The translations under genes were made by a program, and so were the position numbers. A stretch of 64,000 nucleotides of DNA from Promethearchaeota archaeon (GTDB taxonomy: Archaea > Asgardarchaeota > Lokiarchaeia > Sigyniarchaeales > SOKP01): the NCBI GenBank assembly GCA_004524535.1, contig SDNY01000001.1, positions 46,354 to 110,353 on the forward strand, given 5' to 3'. The notes under the pieces are model-generated. The model made no database searches. It saw only the letters and a list, made by a program, of their open reading frames with translations, and was not told the origin of the DNA. This document shows, in pieces, positions 51,764 through 60,442 of this stretch. Position 1 is the first letter of the stretch; each line of letters opens with the position of its first letter.

Positions 51764-53131
51764 TTAAACTTCCTGTTTTCTTTCAACAATATAAAAATCT
51801 TTGTTTAAATACAGTTTTAACAAACAAATTCCAAGTAATACTGTAAAAATTAGGAGACCAGTACCCCCACCAAACAAGTCAGGATAATGTAGATTTAATC
51901 CTTCCATAGTGACATTTGATAAATAAATACCCAAAACGGAAATTAATCCAATCAGTACGAATTTATTTTTTTTAATAAAATCTCTTCCAATTTCATCTTG
52001 GTGCAAGAAAGGAATAAAAAGTAAAAGAATTAAGGGGAATAGAATTATAAAAGTTCTTTCAACTAAGCAATTTAAAAATATGAAAGAAATTGCGAAATAG
52101 CTGAATTTTTCGTGGATCTTCAATTTTTTAGTTATTAATAAGAATCCTATGATTTCGTACAGAATAATAAGGAGTATAAGGGAGATTATAAATTTAGCAG
52201 CATTTGGAATAATAAAATTCGTATTAATAAAAGCTAAATAATATAACGCTAAGCTAAATTGTAATCCTTGATAATCCCTAAAAATTTTGAAATAATCAAA
52301 AATAAGTCCTGGATAAATAATAAATAAAAAATTTTGACCTAGAAAAATTAATGTTACTATTCCATAGGTTTTAAGATTTTCTTTCTTAAATAATTTACCA
52401 AAAGGGATATCGTGAAAGATAAAGATTAACAACAAAAAAATAAAATAAGGGTCCATCCCAACAATCATAACAAAAAGAAAATAAGTACTAAACTTATATT
52501 TGAAATCTTTCTGTTTTTCTTCTTTGTTGTATTGAATTTCTCTTCTAAGGATAAATAATAATATTGTGCCTAACAAGAATTTTGATTGATTTAAAGCAAA
52601 TTGGAAAAGTATGAGATTTCCATTTGAAATTACCATAAGAAACAAAAATCTATGAATTTTTTCTTTAATCCCTAATAATTTTAAGATTTTATTAAATTCT
52701 AATACGAATAAAACCGCAGAAATATAATGTAAAATATACCAGATAAAGTAAGATATAATATAGGGCAATAATGAGAGAGATATTGCCCAAAGCATAAGAA
52801 AAAATGGTAAACTTGTTATTGCCCAAGTGCCATGCTTTTTTTGGTAAAATCTATTTGGGTCAATTAAAAGCTGTCTCCCAGCGAAATAGTAAAACCCAAA
52901 ATCAGTATAAGGAACCCCCTGATAAGCCCAAATCCCATAATCATAATAATCTACTTTAAACCAACCAAAATATAATAAAATTAACCAATGTATCGCCCAC
53001 ATGCCAATACATATCAACGGGATAATAATATAAAGGATTTCATTATTTTTCTTTTTTCTAAGGTATAAAAACAAGCATATGAGGAATATTATTAACGATA
53101 GCCATATAATTGATAAAAACCAAAATAGCAA
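51764..53131 (-). CDS. GT87-like glycosyltransferase, copy 9 (sortase-proximal, 13-aa insertion)
   Basis: YDYGIW...TDFGFYYFAG, SLPFF, FALNQSK. Confidence 0.7.
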   Translation of the reverse strand: MLFWFLSIIWLSLIIFLICLFLYLRKKKNNEILYIIIPLICIGMWAIHWLILLYFGWFKVDYYDYGIWAYQGVPYTDFGFYYFAGRQLLIDPNRFYQKKHGTWAITSLPFFLMLWAISLSLLPYIISYFIWYILHYISAVLFVLEFNKILKLLGIKEKIHRFLFLMVISNGNLILFQFALNQSKFLLGTILLFILRREIQYNKEEKQKDFKYKFSTYFLFVMIVGMDPYFIFLLLIFIFHDIPFGKLFKKENLKTYGIVTLIFLGQNFLFIIYPGLIFDYFKIFRDYQGLQFSLALYYLAFINTNFIIPNAAKFIISLILLIILYEIIGFLLITKKLKIHEKFSYFAISFIFLNCLVERTFIILFPLILLLFIPFLHQDEIGRDFIKKNKFVLIGLISVLGIYLSNVTMEGLNLHYPDLFGGGTGLLIFTVLLGICLLKLYLNKDFYIVERKQEV

Positions 53132-53244
53132 AGCTCTCTCTCACTTTCTTTATTTCACTATTTAATGATAAAATTAATCTTTCTTTAAAAATATTGATAT
53201 GAAAGGCTATAATTAATTAAATTGAAGCTTAATATATTTCTAGT
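53132..53244 (-). promoter_or_regulatory. Putative promoter/leader repeated upstream of all nine GT copies
   Basis: Minus-strand ATATTTTTAAAGAA TATA-like box ~55 nt upstream of each start codon, plus a purine-rich AAAGTGAGA-type SD-like motif. Confidence 0.55.
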
Positions 53245-54351
53245 TTAATTCTCTTCAGAATCACTAGCAATCTTCCGCTTTTCTTTTAATTTCTTGCTAA
53301 TTAAAGTTCCTGTATAAATTATAGAGAGAATAAATTCTGGGATCCATTTATGCATTAATAATACGATTATTGCAGCTATAAAAGAGCTCGCAGCGCTTAT
53401 AGAATAATGAATATCATTCCAGGCATATCCCAAATAAAATAAATATAGTTGTATGATCATTCGGATTATATTTACGACATAAAATATTATTGACGAAATA
53501 ATCAGAGATTTTGTTTTCCTCCAGATAATATCTTCATTTGTTTTACGATCTCGAGAATGAGGTGTAAAAATAATAATCCCTGCGAAAACGCAAATTGCTT
53601 GAACCCCCGTACAAAAGGTTTCGAAATCTATTGGTCCCCTATCAGGTATAATAAATCTCCAATGATATGTTGATTCAGGTGAATAAACAGCTTTAGCGTC
53701 CATATCAAATAATAAATTCAAAAAAAAAACGGTCTGCTTCACTACAATTTCATGTAGCCAATAATTCATCTCTGTATCAAAGAATAAATATACTAAATAT
53801 GCTAACACGGGTGCACCAATCGCTAGTATTGCAATTGAACGAATAGTGAAATAATATTTTTTTCCTTCAAATTCTATGACAGGACTGTCTATCTCTCCTT
53901 TTTTGTTCTCATTTTTGAGAGAAGTTTCGTTTAATTCTTTATCCCTAGCATGTCTTAAATAGTAATGAAACCTATCAATGATAATATAGTTGAGAATTAT
54001 TAATAAAGGAATCATTATTAAGCCCATATTATATCTTGTCGTTAATTTTGATTCCATTAAAGGAATTGTTGCCCCAATAATAAAAGCAAATAATAAATTA
54101 ATTGTCAACATTAACCATATTGATACTTTCTTTTTAAGTATTTGAACCATAGCATCTATCTTTAGAAAATTTAATACTAAATAAGTAAAAATTATAGATA
54201 TTATCATAATAATAAATCCAAATATGAAACTATTTACAGTCATTATTGTGAATAAATATAACCCAATAAAAAAAGCAACTAATAAATTAATTGACTGTAG
54301 TCCCCATATTATGATTTTCCTATTAATTATCTTTTCCATGGTATCTCTCAT
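53245..54351 (-). CDS. Archaeosortase/exosortase-family transpeptidase with extra N-terminal TM domain (possibly Loki-type ArtH)
   Basis: Cys-Arg-His triad: TFCTG, NIIRM, DIHY; polytopic. Confidence 0.85.
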   Translation of the reverse strand: MRDTMEKIINRKIIIWGLQSINLLVAFFIGLYLFTIMTVNSFIFGFIIMIISIIFTYLVLNFLKIDAMVQILKKKVSIWLMLTINLLFAFIIGATIPLMESKLTTRYNMGLIMIPLLIILNYIIIDRFHYYLRHARDKELNETSLKNENKKGEIDSPVIEFEGKKYYFTIRSIAILAIGAPVLAYLVYLFFDTEMNYWLHEIVVKQTVFFLNLLFDMDAKAVYSPESTYHWRFIIPDRGPIDFETFCTGVQAICVFAGIIIFTPHSRDRKTNEDIIWRKTKSLIISSIIFYVVNIIRMIIQLYLFYLGYAWNDIHYSISAASSFIAAIIVLLMHKWIPEFILSIIYTGTLISKKLKEKRKIASDSEEN

Positions 54352-54471
54352 TTAAAATTTTTTAGGAATAAAATTTATTATTTTAAAAGTTGTAATTAGT
54401 AGAAGTAAATATAGAATTTCTTTTAATTTTATTTTTTAAGATAAATAAGAGCTTATCATCTTTTGAAAGTG

Positions 54472-55086
54472 TCACTGATATTTATGAACTAACATAAATA
54501 ACGAGTTTACAAATATCCATATAACTATTGATATTGTCCATATCCACTCTGTTAGTGGTATTTGCGTTAAGAAAAAAGTTATAATTATGCCTCCTACTGC
54601 AAAAGAATAATAAGCTTGAAATCTATTATAATTAAAATCTTGAATCATTAAAATTCCAAAAATTATAATCGATATGAATGCATGTATCCAATGAATTACA
54701 GCTAGAGTTCCATGAGTAGCATTTATTAATCTATTCTCTTCAGTCAGAGGAAAAAAGCCTATTAATGAAAATGTAATTGAAGAAATAAGCGCTGCTATAA
54801 CGGCAACTTTTTTCATATTTGGATTAATATTTTCTGTAGAAAATGATTTTCCTAAGCAGATATAAAATGGAATAAAAAGAATTCCCGTAATTATAACCCC
54901 TATATTAAAAAATATTCCTCCTCGACCAACTCCGAGTTCGGATACCATATTATCAACCATATTATATCCTGGAAAATATAAATAGGATAAAAAATCGCAT
55001 AAGATACCAATTGATAAAGATAATATACCAAAAATTCCCCCATGTATAGGCGATAGTTTATCTTTAAGGTGTTTTAATGTTTCCAT
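54472..55086 (-). CDS. DUF998-like membrane protein
   Basis: NMVSELG, FFNIG, LIGFFP, HGTLA; 5-6 TM segments. Confidence 0.7.
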   Translation of the reverse strand: METLKHLKDKLSPIHGGIFGILSLSIGILCDFLSYLYFPGYNMVDNMVSELGVGRGGIFFNIGVIITGILFIPFYICLGKSFSTENINPNMKKVAVIAALISSITFSLIGFFPLTEENRLINATHGTLAVIHWIHAFISIIIFGILMIQDFNYNRFQAYYSFAVGGIIITFFLTQIPLTEWIWTISIVIWIFVNSLFMLVHKYQ

Positions 55087-55119
55087 TTATATCAGTTATA
55101 ACGAAATTTGGCTGAAAAA

Positions 55120-56205
55120 TTATAATTTTATCGTTGATTTCAAATCTTTAAGTAAAAACGCTTTAATTAAATTTTTAGTATGGATTATGTCCTCATATTC
55201 AATTGTCGCTATATTTGTATGCATATATCTTAATGGTATTGAAACCAATGCACATGGTATTCCTGATTTTGTCATTTGAATCGCTCTTGCATTTGTTGGA
55301 GTCGGACGAGGCTCAGCTTCTAAAATATAAGGTATATTTTCCTGCTTAGCTGTTTCAATTAGGATCTTTGTTAATTTAGGATATAAATTAGGTCCGGTTG
55401 ATATTGATGCACCAGATCCTAGTTTGCATTCATAAAATTTCTCTTTATTTATGCCAGGAAAATCAATTGCGTGAGTTACTTCAATTGTTACTGAAAGATC
55501 TGGAGTTATTTTATGTGCACCAACAGTAGCCCCTCTCACGCCAATTTCTTCTTGAGAAGCAAATAAAAATATCAAATCTTTATCTAAATTATTTTTTATC
55601 TGAGAAAGTTCCATTATAAGTTTAATTAAAATAAAACAACCAGCTCTATCGTCGAAACTTTTTGAAAAAATTCGTTTATTTCCAATAAAAGGGGTACATT
55701 CTTGTTTGAAAATAATATAATCTCCAATGGATATGTATTTCTTAGCTTCTTCAGCACTCGAAAATCCAGCATCAATAAATAAATCTTCCAATTTACTAGT
55801 CTTCTTTCTCTCTTCTTGCTCAAGAAGATGAATTGGCTTTTCTCCAATTACACCAACGATTTCTTCCCCAGAACTAGAATGAATTGTTATATTGGCGCCG
55901 GGAAGAATTCTTGGGTTCTGTCCTCCAACTTGCGAAAATCTTATAAAACCATTTTTATCAATAAATCTAACCATTAAGCCAATTTCATCCATGTGAGCAT
56001 CAACCATTATTCTTAATTTACTATCTTCCACTTCTGCCTTTCCGTTTATAAAGCAGAAAAGATTTCCTAAAATATCAGTTTCAATTTTATCACAGTAAGA
56101 TTCCACAGTTCCTTTTATATACTGCCTAATTTTTTGTTCATTTCCACTACAACTTTGGATCTCAGTAAGATTTTTAATTATTTTAAAATCATTTTCAAAA
56201 GTCAT
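55120..56205 (-). CDS. M42-family metallo-aminopeptidase (TET-like)
   Basis: DAHMDEIG, KSFDDRAG, QEEIGVRGA, PLRYMH. Confidence 0.9.
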   Translation of the reverse strand: MTFENDFKIIKNLTEIQSCSGNEQKIRQYIKGTVESYCDKIETDILGNLFCFINGKAEVEDSKLRIMVDAHMDEIGLMVRFIDKNGFIRFSQVGGQNPRILPGANITIHSSSGEEIVGVIGEKPIHLLEQEERKKTSKLEDLFIDAGFSSAEEAKKYISIGDYIIFKQECTPFIGNKRIFSKSFDDRAGCFILIKLIMELSQIKNNLDKDLIFLFASQEEIGVRGATVGAHKITPDLSVTIEVTHAIDFPGINKEKFYECKLGSGASISTGPNLYPKLTKILIETAKQENIPYILEAEPRPTPTNARAIQMTKSGIPCALVSIPLRYMHTNIATIEYEDIIHTKNLIKAFLLKDLKSTIKL

Positions 56206-56341
56206 GATTACAGATCATCATAAATTTTATAATTTATTATTTATCATAATTAACAATTTATCAAATATTATCATTAAAATTTATATAATTTTTTTATCAA
56301 ATATAATTAAAAATTATTTTAGCATCTATCGGTTTCTATTG

Positions 56342-57607
56342 ATGAAAAAAAACGCACATGAAATATTATTTCCAAATTTTAAATTATATAAGCCTAAGGA
56401 TTATCATCCTGATTGGAAAAAATTATCCATAGAAGCATCACGTTTAGCCTTAAATATTGCGAAGATTATTAAATTACAAACGAATTATTTTCAAGGTACT
56501 CTTTTTCAAAAACGGAAAATATTAGCAATACTAGGAACACTTAAAAATTTATTCCTTAATATGCGAAAAATGTCAAAGGGTAATCACAATTTTATTCCGA
56601 TTTTTTATATTTGGACAATGACTAATAACTGCAATTTCATTTGTACTTATTGTAGTAATCATAGGGGTGGTAAGTATCCTGAGCTTTATAATGAAGGTTT
56701 TAATAAAGATTTAACAACAGAGCAAGGAAGGAAGTTAATAAAAACAATGAAAAAATCTTCGGCAATTTACTACTGTGGTGGTGAGCCTACAATCAGAAAA
56801 GACCTTCCTGAATTGTTAGAATATTCTACAAAGTTAAATATGTTTAATATGATTAATACTAATGGCTCCTTAATCGGCGATCTTTTACTTAGACCACGTT
56901 ATAAGAATTTCCTTATGCAAATGGACGTAGTCATTATAAGCTTAGATTCTTTAAATCTCGATTCTTTAAATTCTATGTATAAAGTTAGTGATGAAGTGTC
57001 CTATAAGGTGTTGAGGAATATTCTAACATTAAATATACTCCGAAACTATGTTCCCTTTAAACTCGTAGCCAATACAGTTATAACCCACGATAATATAGAA
57101 GAATCCTTTCATATCTTAGATTTTTGCAATGATTTAAACATTACTTTTTCACCAGTGTCAGCAAATATCAACCATTCCGCAGATCTAGACCTATTAAACA
57201 ATGAACGATACATAGAATTAAGAAAAAAAATAGTAGAAAGAGCAAAACAAGGTTACCCCATGATTGCTTCACCACGGATGCTGGAACGATTATTAGATTT
57301 TAAAGGCTTTAATTGTTATCCAGTAGTTTTTGATCACATCGATTATAATGGTGAAGTATTTTGGCCTTGTAAAGCATATGATAAGGCTGTAATGGTCGAT
57401 GTTTTAAGATACAAAAATGTAAAAAAACTCCACGAAGCAGCAGAAAAATTAATTGATCCTACTAATTTTCATGGTAGTGGACCAAAGCAATGTCAAGGAA
57501 ACTGTGCTTGGATGCAAAATTGTGTAACTGATACATATGCTCAAGCTTTAATTAATGGTCTATTCGGTAGCGGATTAGTAAAAGAAATCGGTGGGCTTTT
57601 AAAATAA
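56342..57607 (+). CDS. Radical SAM protein; likely start ATG 56342
   Basis: CNFICTYC, GGEP, NTNG, C-terminal Cys cluster; the ORF-track upstream extension is low-complexity AT-rich. Confidence 0.85.
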   Translation: MKKNAHEILFPNFKLYKPKDYHPDWKKLSIEASRLALNIAKIIKLQTNYFQGTLFQKRKILAILGTLKNLFLNMRKMSKGNHNFIPIFYIWTMTNNCNFICTYCSNHRGGKYPELYNEGFNKDLTTEQGRKLIKTMKKSSAIYYCGGEPTIRKDLPELLEYSTKLNMFNMINTNGSLIGDLLLRPRYKNFLMQMDVVIISLDSLNLDSLNSMYKVSDEVSYKVLRNILTLNILRNYVPFKLVANTVITHDNIEESFHILDFCNDLNITFSPVSANINHSADLDLLNNERYIELRKKIVERAKQGYPMIASPRMLERLLDFKGFNCYPVVFDHIDYNGEVFWPCKAYDKAVMVDVLRYKNVKKLHEAAEKLIDPTNFHGSGPKQCQGNCAWMQNCVTDTYAQALINGLFGSGLVKEIGGLLK

Positions 57608-57633
57608 AAAAATTAAATTAGAGAGTTAATATT

Positions 57634-58410
57634 ATGTCAGATAAATTAATTAAATTCCCTCCAGAAACCCCTGAACAACGTTTAGTAAGTGAGGTATGTT
57701 TTTTCATTATATCTATCGTGATATTTGGAGTATTTGGACAATATTCTTCAATAGAAATGACTTTTACAATCATTATTACGATTTGTATCTTGATAAATCT
57801 AATAATACGGTTTTTTTTGGTAAATGAGAAGGGAGATTGGGTGTTCTTTCTTTTTGGAATAATAGCAGGTGGTGGTAATGATTTTATGTCAATGATTAAT
57901 GGAGTCTATAGATATACGGCAATTCCAATTATCCCAAATTTAGCGCTTCCAATTTTTATGTGGTTCTTTTGGGGGCAAGCTTTCTTATTATTCAGGAAAT
58001 TATTTAACATTCCTTGGTGCAAAGGAGAGGAATTTCAAAAAGATGGTGAATTTTTAAATGGATGGGTTGATAAAGAACTAATTTTCGATATTTGTTTAGT
58101 TATCGTTCTTAGAATCGTCATCTATAACACTTTTATGATGGATATATGGATACCAGCATTATTTTATGGTATCGGTATTGGGATACGGTTTTTAATTTTT
58201 CCTCCTAAGAAAAATGAGGTACATATAATAGCACTATTACCATTGGCTTATTTATTTGAAGGCCTAATGGTAGTTTTTGGGCTCTATGTGTATTATAATC
58301 CTATCTTTCCGGGTATTCCATTATGGTTAATGTTATGGTGGATTCTTTTAGTTCCTATTATATTAAAAGAATTTTTTGATAGGTTCGAATATCAGTTAAA
58401 AAATCACTAA
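57634..58410 (+). CDS. Polytopic membrane protein with two internal repeats
   Basis: GVYRY...LPIFMWFFWG and GLYVY...IPLWLMLWW; 27 bp after the radical SAM gene. Confidence 0.7.
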   Translation: MSDKLIKFPPETPEQRLVSEVCFFIISIVIFGVFGQYSSIEMTFTIIITICILINLIIRFFLVNEKGDWVFFLFGIIAGGGNDFMSMINGVYRYTAIPIIPNLALPIFMWFFWGQAFLLFRKLFNIPWCKGEEFQKDGEFLNGWVDKELIFDICLVIVLRIVIYNTFMMDIWIPALFYGIGIGIRFLIFPPKKNEVHIIALLPLAYLFEGLMVVFGLYVYYNPIFPGIPLWLMLWWILLVPIILKEFFDRFEYQLKNH

Positions 58411-58519
58411 ACTATTTTTATAATTAGAGGATAAAATTTTTTTTATAGATTAAATTATACTTTTTCAATAAATAATCACAAAAGTTATTTAAAGTGGAAT
58501 CTAAAAAGGTAAGTTTAAT

Positions 58520-59245
58520 ATGACTGATAAGAATGAAGAAGAACAAAAAGCAGAGGGTAGTGAAGAAGTAAAAGAAAAAGAAGAGGGTAAAGAACCAACT
58601 GAAGAAAAAGAAAAAGCTAAATTTACATTTAAATGCACTAGATGCGATAAATGTTGTCTAGCTCGGGGGCCAATACCTATTACTATGTGGGACTTAGAAT
58701 TATGGGCTAAAAATGGCGTGATTGCTAATTTTTTACCTTACTTAGATGTTTATACCAAACCTGATGGTTTAACAGATTTAATTTTAAAGCCTTTAGCTCA
58801 ACCGAAAGGGGATTCTGAAAAACCTTCAACTGATCCGTTTGCTGAAACTCCTATAGAAGAATTATTGGAAGAGAAATGTCCTTTATATAATAAAGAACAA
58901 AAGAAGTGTTTAGTATATGAAAATCGCCCTTTGAGCTGTCGCACATATCCTCTTGAATATGATGGAAAAAATTTTAGTGTTGTTGATGTCGATTGCCCGG
59001 GAATTGGTGAAGAAGGCATGACTAAGGAAGAGCTAAAAGAAATGAGGGAAACGGCAAAGATGATGAATTATGAACTTTCCCGTATGAGAATAGCTTTACC
59101 GGTCTTAAGTCAAATAATTTCAAGCAATTTTATGAAACAGCTAATGAAACAGCAAATGGAAGCTATGAGTAAAATGAGCGACGAGGATAAAGCGAAACTT
59201 GACGAAATATTTAAAAAAGATCAAGAGAACGAACAACAAAAGTAA
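58520..59245 (+). CDS. YkgJ-family cysteine-cluster protein
   Basis: FKCTRCDKCC, CPLY...CLVYENRPLSCRTYP, DCPG. Confidence 0.85.
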   Translation: MTDKNEEEQKAEGSEEVKEKEEGKEPTEEKEKAKFTFKCTRCDKCCLARGPIPITMWDLELWAKNGVIANFLPYLDVYTKPDGLTDLILKPLAQPKGDSEKPSTDPFAETPIEELLEEKCPLYNKEQKKCLVYENRPLSCRTYPLEYDGKNFSVVDVDCPGIGEEGMTKEELKEMRETAKMMNYELSRMRIALPVLSQIISSNFMKQLMKQQMEAMSKMSDEDKAKLDEIFKKDQENEQQK

Positions 59246-59336
59246 ATTTACATTTCCTTAATTTTTATCAATAAATAGTAATAAGATGATATAAATTAAT
59301 TCAACTAATTAAATTTAGAATATTAGGGTCTTTATT

Positions 59337-59855
59337 TTGAAAGAATTGAAAGTAAAAAATTCCAAAATTAGATTGGTCCAAGGAGATATCACAGAATTAG
59401 CCACAGATGTTATAGTTAATGCGGCTAACGCACAATTAATTATGGGCGGAGGTGTCGCTGGGGCAATCCGGAGGAAAGGCGGCCCTTCTATTCAAGAAGA
59501 ATGTAATAAAATTGGTGGAACTTTTGTAGGAGGGGCTGAGATAACTACAGGAGGAAATTTAAAAGCTAAGCACGTGATTCACGCAGTTGGTCCGAGAATG
59601 GGTGAGGGAAATGAAGATGAGAAATTAAAAAATGCTACATTAAACAGCCTTAAATTAATGGACAAGCATGAATTAAAGACGATCGCTTTTCCTGCAATAT
59701 CAACGGGAATTTTTGGCTATCCAATTGAAAGGTGTGCCAAAATTATGATTTCAACTGCTAAAAATTATTTAAGCGGAGATACTCAAATCAGAGAGGTAAT
59801 TTTTTGTCTATATAGCTCATCCGACTTTGATGTTTTTAAAAGTGAGTTAAAATAG
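59337..59855 (+). CDS. Macro-domain protein (ADP-ribose processing, YmdB-like)
   Basis: GDIT, IVNAAN, GGGVAGAI, HAVGP, PAISTGIFGYP. Confidence 0.95.
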   Translation: MKELKVKNSKIRLVQGDITELATDVIVNAANAQLIMGGGVAGAIRRKGGPSIQEECNKIGGTFVGGAEITTGGNLKAKHVIHAVGPRMGEGNEDEKLKNATLNSLKLMDKHELKTIAFPAISTGIFGYPIERCAKIMISTAKNYLSGDTQIREVIFCLYSSSDFDVFKSELK

Positions 59856-59984
59856 TTTTAAATTATAATTTTTTAATGATTTCTACCTTAAACGGTTTAT
59901 GAATTTGGAATTCTTTTTTTATTAAATTTTCTTATAATTTGAATTTATAAAAAAAAAGACTAGATTTAATTTTAATAATAGATA

Positions 59985-60185
59985 TTAATCTGCAATTGCC
60001 CCAATAATACCTATTATGATTAGAACTACGCCACCTATAATTCCAATAATGTCTATCCACCATATAATTTCGTTATTAGAAAAGAAAGTAGGATAAACAA
60101 CGAACATAAATATTAATCCTCCAATAACTGAAGCTATTCCAAGGATTATGCTCCAACCATACCATTCTTCGTACCAATCTCCCAT
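59985..60185 (-). CDS. Small two-TM membrane protein
   Basis: 66 aa with two Gly-rich hydrophobic helices. Confidence 0.55.
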   Translation of the reverse strand: MGDWYEEWYGWSIILGIASVIGGLIFMFVVYPTFFSNNEIIWWIDIIGIIGGVVLIIIGIIGAIAD

Positions 60186-60442
60186 TTATTCCATCTCTTT
60201 AATAATAAAGTTGAGTTTATTGATAAAATGATAGAATCTTTAAAATATTTAAATATATCTATAAATAGATTTAAAGGCTAAAAAAATTCATTGAATTATT
60301 TAATTAATATGAATAAATTTAGATAATAATAACAGAATCTAAAAAATTGTTTAAAGTAATACTTATTTTTGTTAATAACTTTTAATGAATAACTTTCAGA
60401 ATAAAAAATTTTATATAAAAAAAAAGCTCAATCATAATTGTA

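Larger units (their letters stand above)
39790..53313 (-). repeat. Tandem array of nine ~1.47-kb units (sortase 3' tail + promoter spacer + GT87-like gene)
   Basis: Nine paralogous ORFs with near-identical ~130-bp spacers; 41123..41250 is identical to 42596..42723. Confidence 0.95.

Noticed and set aside
39790-53131. Diversity-generating retroelement as the source of GT variability
   Set aside because: No reverse transcriptase or non-coding template repeat in the window. Variation is spread over five regions, includes indels, and is not visibly adenine-specific.
39790-53131. Array as a pure assembly artefact
   Set aside because: The copies are substantially diverged, with distinct junction types and a unique internal spacer. 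It cannot be fully excluded without long reads.
39790-53313. CRISPR array or classical integron
   Set aside because: The units are whole paralogous genes. There are no short repeat-spacer units, cas genes, integrase or recognisable attC hairpins, and the cargo is one family rather than diverse.
56204-56341. N-terminal extension of the radical SAM ORF (similarly 8381..8452 for the deacetylase)
   Set aside because: Low-complexity Ile/Asn-rich translation of AT-rich intergenic DNA that must hold divergent promoters. The downstream ATG is more plausible.
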